In this document: positions 19,165 to 27,916 of the stretch, piece after piece
Layout: each line of letters begins with the position of its first letter
Position numbering within the stretch: position 1 is the stretch's first letter
From: Candidatus Firestoneibacteriota bacterium
GTDB lineage: Bacteria; Oederibacteriota; D2-FULL-39-29; JBDRBU01
Assembly: GCA_043822305.1 (NCBI GenBank)
Contig: JBDRBU010000085.1
Coordinates: 1-42,688 of the forward strand
Direction: 5' to 3'
DNA length: 42,688 nucleotides
Notes under the pieces: model-generated
What the model was told of the DNA's origin: nothing
The model's database searches: none
What the model saw: the letters and a program-made list of their open reading frames with translations, nothing else
Made by a program: the position numbers and the translations under genes

Positions 19165-20318
19165 AAAATATTAATAGAAATCTAAGAAAAGCAATGCTTG
19201 AACCTGCATATGCTTTTAAGGCGTTTTTAAAAAGAAGTAAAGCATATCTAAAATACTTGTTTAATGAACGAGGTGAAAGCATATATCCTGAAGCTGTAAC
19301 TTTTTTTCTTACTTTTAAATGTAATTTGCGTTGTTATATGTGCGGTCAATGGGGGGACAGCGGGTGCAATAAGAATTATGATTCCAAAAAGTTAAATGAT
19401 GAAATCCCACTTGAAAAATTAATTAGTTTTTTAGACGAAATAAAACTTTTTAATCCGCATATAACTTTGTTTGGCGGGGAACCGTTGTTGTTTGGCCATA
19501 TAGAAAAACTAATTAAAGAAATTAAGAACAGGAATTTACATTGCTGCATTATTACGAATGGTGTGCTTCTTGAAAGGTATGCAGAGACCATAGTAAATAG
19601 CCAGGTTGATGAATTATCAATATCAATTGATGGACCCGAATATATTCATGACCAAATAAGAAATGTAAAAGGTACATATGAAAGGATTAAAAAAGGTGTT
19701 GAGAAAATAAATCAATTAAAAAAAGAAAAATCGCAAAAATTTCCAATTATTAATATTGTGTGTACCATTTCCGAGAAAAATTATGGACATCTTGAAGAAA
19801 TGATAGATGTGACCAAACAAATAAATGCGAACACATTAAATTTTCATCATCTTATTTTTACAGAAGAAAGTACATTAAAAAGGCATAATAAATTATTTAA
19901 AGAGTGTTTTAATAAAGAATCGGATGATTGGGCTGGATATATTTTACCAGGGGTGAGTAAAATAAAAACGGATATTCTATGTGAAAATATTAAAAAAATT
20001 CAAAGGGAAAAACTTCCCTTTCTAATGAATTTTTATCCTAACTTTACGGATAGCGAAATAATTGAATATTATACAAAGGAAGACTTTGTTTCGAAGTCTT
20101 ATCCAAAAAGATGCTTAAGCCCTTGGGTAGTAGCATATATTTATCCCGATGGAAGTGTTTTACCATGTCATTCGTTAAGTTATACTGTTGGCAACATAAA
20201 AGAAGAATCCTTTCTAAATATTTGGAACGGTGAGAAGTTTAAGTATTTTAGAAAAAAGCTAAAAAAAGAAAAATATTTTCCAATTTGCCCTAAATGTACT
20301 GAAATGTACAGATACTAG
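19152..20318 (+). CDS. Radical SAM protein with SPASM/twitch domain
   Basis: CNLRCYMC, GGEP, C-terminal CLSPW...DGSVLPC...GNI...CPKC. Confidence 0.9.
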   Translation: MLPMKNINRNLRKAMLEPAYAFKAFLKRSKAYLKYLFNERGESIYPEAVTFFLTFKCNLRCYMCGQWGDSGCNKNYDSKKLNDEIPLEKLISFLDEIKLFNPHITLFGGEPLLFGHIEKLIKEIKNRNLHCCIITNGVLLERYAETIVNSQVDELSISIDGPEYIHDQIRNVKGTYERIKKGVEKINQLKKEKSQKFPIINIVCTISEKNYGHLEEMIDVTKQINANTLNFHHLIFTEESTLKRHNKLFKECFNKESDDWAGYILPGVSKIKTDILCENIKKIQREKLPFLMNFYPNFTDSEIIEYYTKEDFVSKSYPKRCLSPWVVAYIYPDGSVLPCHSLSYTVGNIKEESFLNIWNGEKFKYFRKKLKKEKYFPICPKCTEMYRY

Positions 20319-20413
20319 CAAAAGAAGTAAATGAAACAATTAAAGTAAAAAAAATAGTAAGTTCCTACTGAACATCGTCTGAAATGAAGTAATATCAATG
20401 GTTTTTGACTTTT

Positions 20414-20803
20414 TGTCATTCCCGAGTAACTTGTCCTCGTGAAAACGGGGATCGGGAATCCATAGTCTTTTAAATGTATCAAAAACATTATTATGTATAT
20501 ATTTTAGCAAGTAAAAGAAATGGGACGCTGTATATTGGCGTTACAAATGATTTATCAAGAAGAGTTTATGAACACAAAAATAATTTTATAGAAGGTTTTA
20601 CAAAAAGGTATAAAGTTCATAATTTAGTTCATTTTGAAGAAACAGATAGTATTGAAAGTGCTATTTTAAGAGAGAAACAACTGAAAAAATGGAACAGGCA
20701 ATGGAAAAAGGATTTAATCGAAAAAAGTAATCCTTATTGGAGCGATTTATATCAGGATATAATTGGGTAAGTCACTGGATTCCCAATCGAGTTGGGAATG
20801 ACA
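20414..20803 (+). mobile_element. Hairpin-flanked GIY-YIG element
   Basis: TGTCATTCCCGA...TCGGGAATCCATAGTCTT, then the ORF, then TAAGTCACTGGATTCCCAA..TTGGGAATGACA. Confidence 0.75.
20474..20770 (+). CDS. Stand-alone GIY-YIG nuclease
   Basis: YYVYILAS-RNGTLYIGVT-DL-RRVYEH...AILREKQLKKWNRQWK; catalytic Tyr/Arg/Glu appear intact. Confidence 0.95.
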   Translation: MYQKHYYVYILASKRNGTLYIGVTNDLSRRVYEHKNNFIEGFTKRYKVHNLVHFEETDSIESAILREKQLKKWNRQWKKDLIEKSNPYWSDLYQDIIG

Positions 20804-20868
20804 AGCAGAAATTGTTGAAATGTATGGTAACGGGGTTGAGTGAATATTTACGGTAAGATAAAAATATA

Positions 20869-22008
20869 ATGAAAAAAATATTACATATAGTTACAAGATT
20901 AGAATACGGCGGAACATTGGAAAATATACTAACACTTGTTAATGGTTTGTCCATTGATTATGAAAATATTCTGTTGCTTGGCCGTAAGAATACAGCCATG
21001 TTAAGGGTTAAGGAGTGTTCTAATAAGAATAATTTTAAGGTAATTTACATAAATGAACTGGTTCGAGAGATAAATCCATTTTATGATTTAAAGGCACTGT
21101 TAAAAATATATAAAATAGTAAAAAAAATAAGCCCTGATATTGTACACACACATACATCAAAATCCGGGTTTTTGGGTAGAATTGCGGCCAGGATGGCAGG
21201 ATGCAGGAAAGTAGTGCATACTCCACACGGGCATATCTTTTACGGGTATTTCGGTGAGTTTAAAACATTTATTTTTGTCTTGCTCGAAAGAATCATGGCA
21301 AAGGTTACAGACAAGATAGTAGTGTTTTCTAAATCGGAAATTAAAGACCATTTGAGACTGAAAATAGGCAAGAAAAAACAGTTTATAGTAATACCAAATG
21401 GAATAAATATAAATAAATTTGAAAAAGTAAAAATAAATGTGAACTTGAAAAAGAAAGAACTTGGAATAAATATGAATGATAAAGTAATTGGAGTTATAGG
21501 AAGACTTTCTGTCGTAAAAGGGCATATTTATTTTTTAAAAGCAATGAGAGATGTTATAAAAGCAATAAGATATGTGAAAGTAATAGTAGCTGGAAGCGGA
21601 GAACTCGAAAAAGAGTTAAAACAAAATGCAAATGATTTGAACCTTCAAGATAATGTACTTTTTATTGGTAATAGAAATGATGTGCCTGAGATTCTAAAAA
21701 TTTGTGATTTAGTTGTGTTACCATCATTAAATGAAGGGTTTGGACTTGCTATTGCAGAAGCAGGTGCCGCAGGAAAACCGGTTGTAGCCACTAGGGTTGG
21801 CGGTATTCCTGAAATAATCAAGGAGAATGAAACAGGATTACTCGTTAATCCCAAAAATGTCGTTAATCTTTCACGAAAGATTATATATTGTCTTAAAAAT
21901 CCTGCTATGGCAAATAAGATGGGATTTGCAGGTAGAAAACATATAAAAGACAATTTTACAACAAAAATAATGATTAAAAGGTATAGGAATTTGTATGAAA
22001 ATATTTAG
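20869..22008 (+). CDS. Glycosyltransferase family 4
   Basis: VHTHTSK, HTPHG, IPNGI, EGFGLAIAEAGAAGKPVV. Confidence 0.92.
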   Translation: MKKILHIVTRLEYGGTLENILTLVNGLSIDYENILLLGRKNTAMLRVKECSNKNNFKVIYINELVREINPFYDLKALLKIYKIVKKISPDIVHTHTSKSGFLGRIAARMAGCRKVVHTPHGHIFYGYFGEFKTFIFVLLERIMAKVTDKIVVFSKSEIKDHLRLKIGKKKQFIVIPNGININKFEKVKINVNLKKKELGINMNDKVIGVIGRLSVVKGHIYFLKAMRDVIKAIRYVKVIVAGSGELEKELKQNANDLNLQDNVLFIGNRNDVPEILKICDLVVLPSLNEGFGLAIAEAGAAGKPVVATRVGGIPEIIKENETGLLVNPKNVVNLSRKIIYCLKNPAMANKMGFAGRKHIKDNFTTKIMIKRYRNLYENI

Positions 22009-23391
22009 ATTAAAACTGTCACTTGTTTTTATATTGCTTTTTTTACTAAGAAGCGTTTGTTTTGGATTTGAACAAACAGATAAAAGAATAACAGCTATTT
22101 TTCATGTTCATTCAAATATTAGTTATAATTGTGAAGAAAGTATTGAAGAAATTACAAATAAAGCAAAATTAAAGAATATAGATGCAATATTTTTTACAGA
22201 TCATGATTTTATAAAACTTGAATATAAACCATTGTTTGGATCAATGAAAATAACAATAAGTAAACCTTCTGTTTTTAAATTTGGTGTTACAAGATATTAT
22301 GATTTAATTGAAGAAACAAATAAGAAATACCCGGAAATGTTTCTTTTCCCCGGTGTAGAAAGCAGCCCTTATTATTATTGGAAGAATGAAAGTAATACAA
22401 TTACCATTAAGGACTGGCACAAACATTTGATTGTGTTCGGGTTAAAACAAGAGGACTTAAAAAATATTCCTGTAATTCCGAATGGCAAAGTATTTCCTCT
22501 TAATTTGTTGTTGTTATGGCCGATTATTTTTATTATTGTTGGAGCATTTTTTATCAGAAGAATAGTTTTTAGAAGATTAGGAATTATTTTAGTTGTAATA
22601 GGAATATGGATATTGTATATAAACTATCCATTTACGCAAAAAAAGTATGATCAATACAGCAAAATAAATACTATTAAACCCTATCAGGATGTTATAGATT
22701 ATATACATAATAAGAATGGTTTTATTTTCTGGGCTCATCCGGAGGCGGAAAACAATAATGAAATAATAAATAATATTAGTTTAGGATTTAAATTCTTGCA
22801 CCTTAAAATAAAAATGGAGACAAAACCGTATTATGATGATCTTTTAAATACATATGGATATACGGGTTTTGCGTATTTTTGGGAAGGCGAAAAAAAATAG
22901 GCATTTGCGGAGGAATATGGGACAAAGTTTTGCTGGAATATTGTGAAAATAAAAGAAGTAATCCTACATGGGCAATCGGAGAATTGGATTATAGAAAAGA
23001 AGGTGAAGTTGGCACTTACATTAACAGCGTAGAGAATATTATTTTTGTAAAGAAAAAAGATAAGGAGACAATACTTGATTCGATAAGATTAGGAAATCTT
23101 TATGTGCTGCTGAACGGAAGATTAAATCATTATCCTGTATTAAATGAATTTTTTGTCAAAAAAGAAATTAAAATTAATATATCTCATAACGATAAGATAA
23201 GCAGAAAGGTTATAATTAATTTAATTAAAAATGGTAGACTTTTTCAGAGATATGAACAATTTACGCCTATAGATTTAAGCATACAAGACAAAATGAAAGA
23301 AGCAAAAGGTTATTATCGTTTGGAAATAATTTCAGTAGAAGATAGTAGCACAATAATAACCAATCCGATTTTTGTGGAGGGGAAAAAATGA
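21995..23391 (+). pseudogene. Membrane-anchored PHP-family metallohydrolase split by a -1 frameshift (ORFs 21995..22900 and 22879..23391)
   Basis: HVHS, TDHD, GVE and AHPE motifs in ORF1; AIGELDY in ORF2. The frames join at the A8 run 22890-22897. Confidence 0.75.
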
Positions 23392-24083
23392 TTATCTCGG
23401 TGCACCAGCCACAATATTTACCATGGATAGGTTATATAAATAAAATTGTAAAAAGTGATGCATTTGTTTTTCTTGATAATGTGCAATATAAAAAGAGGGA
23501 GTTTCAAAACAAAAATAAAATAAGAACAAAAGAAGGCTTTATCTGGCTTACTGTTCCCGTATCAACAAAAAACAAATATATTCAAAAAATAAAAGATGTT
23601 GAAATAGATAACACAGTTGACTGGAAAAAAAAACATTGGAAGAGCATTGAAATAAATTATTCCAAAGCAAAATATTTTCGTGAACATGAAAATTACCTAA
23701 GAGCATTGTACAGTCGAGAATGGAATAAACTGAGTGAACTTAATATTGAAATAATAAAATATATTTTAAAGTACCTTGAAATTAAAATACCTTTATATTA
23801 TGAGTCAGAGTTAGATATTCATGGAGAGAAAACCGAAAGAATTATTAATATCTGTAAAAAATTAAACTCGGACATATATTTATCGGGAATAGGAGCTAAT
23901 GATTATTTAATTGAAGAGGAGTTTCAAAGGGCTAATGTAAAGTTAATATATCAGGATTTTAAACACCCAGAATATAAGCAAATATACCCGAATTTTGTTT
24001 CACATCTGACTGTTTTCGATTTATTGTTTAATTATGGAAAAGAAAGTAAAGAGATTATCTTAAAAAAATTGGAATCATTTTGA
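23388..24083 (+). CDS. WbqC family protein
   Basis: HQPQYLPW, FVFLDNVQY, WLTVPV, YLSG, HPEYKQ, DLLFNYG. Confidence 0.92.
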   Translation: MIISVHQPQYLPWIGYINKIVKSDAFVFLDNVQYKKREFQNKNKIRTKEGFIWLTVPVSTKNKYIQKIKDVEIDNTVDWKKKHWKSIEINYSKAKYFREHENYLRALYSREWNKLSELNIEIIKYILKYLEIKIPLYYESELDIHGEKTERIINICKKLNSDIYLSGIGANDYLIEEEFQRANVKLIYQDFKHPEYKQIYPNFVSHLTVFDLLFNYGKESKEIILKKLESF

Positions 24084-24106
24084 TTTTATCAGGTTGTGAT
24101 AAGAAA

Positions 24107-24135
24107 ACTCCATAGCTTGCTGTGGGGTAATTCAC
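24107..24135 (+). mobile_element. Possible solo IS200/IS605 right end
   Basis: Imperfect hairpin ACTCCATAGC-TT-GCTGTGGGGT followed by AATTCAC. Confidence 0.45.
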
Positions 24136-24163
24136 TTGTATTTTTGTCTTAGTTTAATATAAT
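24136..24163 (+). promoter_or_regulatory. Candidate sigma70 promoter
   Basis: TTGTAT-16 nt-TATAAT upstream of GAGGT RBS and ATG 24210. Confidence 0.45.
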
Positions 24164-24209
24164 TAACGGAATAAATTTTATATCAGTATTTACAAGAGGT
24201 ACTAATATA

Positions 24210-25580
24210 ATGAGGAAGAAAATATTATTTATAAATGCAATAAATACTATTAATGAAGTAGAGCAAAGATATCCAAACTTAGGTTTGGGATATTTAGTAA
24301 GTTCATTAAGAAAGCATTTTGGAGAGGATACATTTGAGTTTAAGATAATAGATAAAAATGTAGAAAGGATAATAGTAAATTTTAAACCAGATTTGATAGC
24401 AATTACGGCTGTTAGTCAAAATTTTAATCTTGCAAAAAAATATGCAAAGATATCCAAAATATTCAATACTCCTATTATTGTTGGGGGAATACATATTTCG
24501 TTATTACCTAATTCTTTATCTGAGCATATGGATATTGGATGTATTGGTGAAGGAGAAAAAACTATTATTGAGTTGGTTGAATTATTTCTTAAGAGAGGCC
24601 ATTTTCCGAAAAGCGAACTAAAAAATATAGATGGAATATGTTATGAATTAAATAATAATATTATTTTAACAAAACCTCGTCAATTGATAGAAGATATGGA
24701 TAATATACCATTTCCAGCAAGAGATTTATTAAAAATAGATAAACATTCTTATATTTTCTCATCAAGGGGATGTCCGTATCGATGTATTTTTTGTGCTTCC
24801 TCTAGATATTGGAAAAAGGTGAGATTGTTTTCTGCGGAATATGTTGTAAACGAAATAAAGGAATTAGTTGAAAAGTATAATGTAAATTTAATAAGTTTTT
24901 TTGATGATTTATTTATTGTTAATATAGAAAGAATAAAAAAGATATTATCGTTATTAAAAGAAAATAATATTTATGGAAAAGTTAAATTTACTTGTTCTTG
25001 TAGAGCAAATCTTATAAATGATGAGATTGCTAAATTATTAAAGGAAATAGGGGTAGTTTCCGTAGGAATGGGATTAGAATCAGGATGCGAAAGAATTTTA
25101 AAATATTTAAAGGGAGAAAACATATCTATTGAAGATAATAAAAATGCGATTAGAATTTTAAAAAAACATGGATTATCTGCAAATGCCTCTTTTGTAATAG
25201 GCTCTCCTGATGAAACAGAAAAGGAAATAATGGAAACATATAATTTTATTAAAAATAATCCATTAGACCTTATAGATGTTTATACTCTAACCCCGCTCCC
25301 TGGTACTCCAATTTGGATATATGCAAAAAAAAGAGGACTAGTATCGAATGATATGGATTGGGATAAGTTAAATGTTAATTTCATTCAGAATTACAAGAAT
25401 GTTATTATCTTGTCGGAAGTATTAAGTAGAAAAGAGATTTATAAAATATATAAAAAATTTCAACGTCAACGATTAATACGAAATATAAAAGGTGTTTGGA
25501 TGCATCCTTATTGGCAAGATGTTCCCAAATATGCCATTAGAATATTTATTCAAAAAATAAATAGTCTTATAAAAAAATAA
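24210..25580 (+). CDS. B12-binding radical SAM protein
   Basis: PNLGLGYL, VGGIHIS, GEGE, SRGCPYRCIFC, DDLF, GLESG. Confidence 0.92.
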   Translation: MRKKILFINAINTINEVEQRYPNLGLGYLVSSLRKHFGEDTFEFKIIDKNVERIIVNFKPDLIAITAVSQNFNLAKKYAKISKIFNTPIIVGGIHISLLPNSLSEHMDIGCIGEGEKTIIELVELFLKRGHFPKSELKNIDGICYELNNNIILTKPRQLIEDMDNIPFPARDLLKIDKHSYIFSSRGCPYRCIFCASSRYWKKVRLFSAEYVVNEIKELVEKYNVNLISFFDDLFIVNIERIKKILSLLKENNIYGKVKFTCSCRANLINDEIAKLLKEIGVVSVGMGLESGCERILKYLKGENISIEDNKNAIRILKKHGLSANASFVIGSPDETEKEIMETYNFIKNNPLDLIDVYTLTPLPGTPIWIYAKKRGLVSNDMDWDKLNVNFIQNYKNVIILSEVLSRKEIYKIYKKFQRQRLIRNIKGVWMHPYWQDVPKYAIRIFIQKINSLIKK

Positions 25581-26614
25581 TGAATAATAACTATATTGAA
25601 GATCTTGTTTCCATAATAATACCAAATTATAACGGTGAAAAATATTTAAGTGATTGTTTGGCTTCTTTAAGAATGCAAAACTACAAAGAACGTGAAATTA
25701 TCATCGTAGATGATTGTTCTATTGATGATTCAGTTGAAATTATAAAAAAATATTTTCCGGAAGTAAAAATATTGAGAAATGACAAAAACTATGGATTTGC
25801 TAAAACGGTCAATAATGGTATTCAATTTGCAAGAGGGAAGTATATAGCATTATTAAATAATGATACAAAAGTTGTAAGCAATTGGCTTTCTGATTTAGTA
25901 AGAGAGATAAAAAGAAATGATAATATAGGAATGTGCGCTTCAAAAATATTATTTCTTAACAATACAAATTTAATTGATTCCGTTGGTGTTGTTTTATATC
26001 CTGATGGCATGTCTAGAACCAGAGGTCACCAGGAAAAAGATATTGGACAATACGATCAAGTCGAAGAAGTTTTACTTCCAAGTGGATGCTCTGCATTATA
26101 TCGCAGAGATGCGTTAGATTATGTTGGATTATTAGATGAGGATTTTATTTCATATTGTGAAGATACAGATTTAGGTCTTCGGGTTCGTTTGGCTGGTTGG
26201 AAAGCAGTCTTAGTTCCAACTGCTATTACTTATCATTCTTATTCACGTGCAAGTAATAAATATTCCGAATACAAAGCTTTTTTGGTTGAAAGGAATCATC
26301 TTTGGATAGCAATTAAGTATTTCCCGTTAAAAATGTTGATACTAGTACCATTTTATAAAATATGGCGTTATATTATACAAATTTATGCTATATTGCTTAA
26401 TAAGGGTAGTGGTTTTAGGTTCTTAGAAGATAATACTAAATTAAAGTTAGTCATCATTTTAATAAAAAGCAATATTGCTTCTATAAAAGGAATACCAAAT
26501 ATGATAATAAAAAGGAAAGAATTTTTTAAGAAAAAGAAAATATTGAACAAGGAATTTATTAAAATAGTTAATAAATATAAAATAAGTGCAAAAGAATTAA
26601 TTTTTAAAGATTAG
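25580..26614 (+). CDS. Glycosyltransferase family 2
   Basis: VSIIIPNYNG, VDDCSIDDS, LLNND, YCEDTDLG. Confidence 0.9.
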   Translation: MNNNYIEDLVSIIIPNYNGEKYLSDCLASLRMQNYKEREIIIVDDCSIDDSVEIIKKYFPEVKILRNDKNYGFAKTVNNGIQFARGKYIALLNNDTKVVSNWLSDLVREIKRNDNIGMCASKILFLNNTNLIDSVGVVLYPDGMSRTRGHQEKDIGQYDQVEEVLLPSGCSALYRRDALDYVGLLDEDFISYCEDTDLGLRVRLAGWKAVLVPTAITYHSYSRASNKYSEYKAFLVERNHLWIAIKYFPLKMLILVPFYKIWRYIIQIYAILLNKGSGFRFLEDNTKLKLVIILIKSNIASIKGIPNMIIKRKEFFKKKKILNKEFIKIVNKYKISAKELIFKD

Positions 26615-26635
26615 TGAAAAATAAAGGATAAAAAT

Positions 26636-27205
26636 GTGGATAAACCCGATACGCAAAGAAATACAAAAATAAGAGAATTTATTAGGATTAAATTTTTAAG
26701 TAAACCACTTCAACAAACTAGAATTTATAAAGATTTGGTTTTAGATATAGGTTGTGGATGGGGATTTTATTTTAAGATAAATCCATATGCGTCCGGGATA
26801 GATCTTGATGATAAATGTGTTAATTATTTGGAAGAAAAGGGATATAAAGTTATAAAAGCAGATATCCTCAATAAATTTCCTTTTGATGGAGGTACTTTTG
26901 AATGGGTAATAGCGCATGACATTTTTGAACATTTTGAGCTAAACGAAGTTAAGAATATATTTACAGAAACCCATCGTATATTAAAAGACAAAGGAAAGTT
27001 CTTAATTGTAATACCAAATCAAAAAGGATATAATTATGGATGCAGAATAAATGCCGGACACAAACATTTTATAACACCGGAAGAAATTGCTAAGATAAGC
27101 AAAGAAACATTTATAGTTAAAAAAAGTTATTCCTATCCTTTAAATAGGTTTTTAGGAGAACATTTTACTCACAATAAAGAAGTTTTAATATTGGAAAAAA
27201 AATAA
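26636..27205 (+). CDS. Class I SAM-dependent methyltransferase
   Basis: VLDIGCGWG, HDIFEHF. Confidence 0.85.
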   Translation: MDKPDTQRNTKIREFIRIKFLSKPLQQTRIYKDLVLDIGCGWGFYFKINPYASGIDLDDKCVNYLEEKGYKVIKADILNKFPFDGGTFEWVIAHDIFEHFELNEVKNIFTETHRILKDKGKFLIVIPNQKGYNYGCRINAGHKHFITPEEIAKISKETFIVKKSYSYPLNRFLGEHFTHNKEVLILEKK

Positions 27206-27209
27206 TACA

Positions 27210-27848
27210 ATGAAATTAAAAAAAGTAGTTTTACTAAGTATTTTAATTACGGCCATATTAATCTCTACTTCATTTGCAGTTAATGTAAAGGGTAAAACTT
27301 ATGTTAGTTTTGGTTTTGGATATTTTATTTCTAATTTTGATTTTGTAAAAATTACATCTACTCCAACGTTGGGATTTACAACAGGAAAATATTCCGGATT
27401 ACAAGTTGTGGCGGAATATTCCTATGGCATTGATAAAAACATTGAAATAGGAATATATTTTGCTAGTTGGATTTTAGGTGTTGAAACAAAATATTCAACG
27501 AGTTCTAGTGATGGTTCTATATTGAGGGAATGGGCTAAGACAATACCAATCCTTGCATTTGGAAAATATAATTTCGAGTTAAGTCCAAATTTTACTTTAT
27601 ATGCAAAATTTGGAATAGGTTATTCTTTTAATAGTATTAAAACTCAATTTTCAAGTACAATACCAGATCTTTCATTTATAGATATAGATGATCATCCAAA
27701 CGGTATAGCTTACGAACCCGCTTTAGGCATAGATACTTTCTTTTATGGTAAAACAGGATTTATTTTTTTAGAATGCGGATATTATAAAACAAATGTACAG
27801 AATTTAAATGGAATTATTATTAATTTAGGTGCTAAATTTATTTTGTAG
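27210..27848 (+). CDS. Small outer-membrane beta-barrel protein
   Basis: Signal peptide ending SFA, alternating aromatic/Gly strands, C-terminal NLGAKFIL. Confidence 0.65.
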   Translation: MKLKKVVLLSILITAILISTSFAVNVKGKTYVSFGFGYFISNFDFVKITSTPTLGFTTGKYSGLQVVAEYSYGIDKNIEIGIYFASWILGVETKYSTSSSDGSILREWAKTIPILAFGKYNFELSPNFTLYAKFGIGYSFNSIKTQFSSTIPDLSFIDIDDHPNGIAYEPALGIDTFFYGKTGFIFLECGYYKTNVQNLNGIIINLGAKFIL

Positions 27849-27916
27849 TATATTCAATAATAAATTCTACTCAATGAGAGAAAAAATTACTATAAACTCA
27901 TTAAACTGGATGTATT

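Larger units (their letters stand above)
20357..20851. mobile_element. GTAA-ended cassette enclosing the GIY-YIG element
   Basis: The right end 20826-20851 is 25/26 identical to 2710-2735. The left end GTAAGTTCCTACTGAACATCGT is an imperfect inverted copy. No target duplication seen. Confidence 0.5.

Noticed and set aside
2441..20851. CRISPR array or integron attC interpretation of the palindromes
   Set aside because: No regularly spaced direct repeats, cas genes, integrase or consistent RYYYAAC/GTTRRRY boxes.
20772..20954. 60-aa minus-strand ORF
   Set aside because: It overlaps the GT4 start, and its end (SFPTRLGIQ) is just the translated palindromic arm.
22898..22900. Amber readthrough (pyrrolysine or recoding) of the PHP gene
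   Set aside because: The homologous continuation is in the -1 frame; in-frame readthrough gives a short unrelated peptide. TAG and TGA act as normal stops elsewhere.
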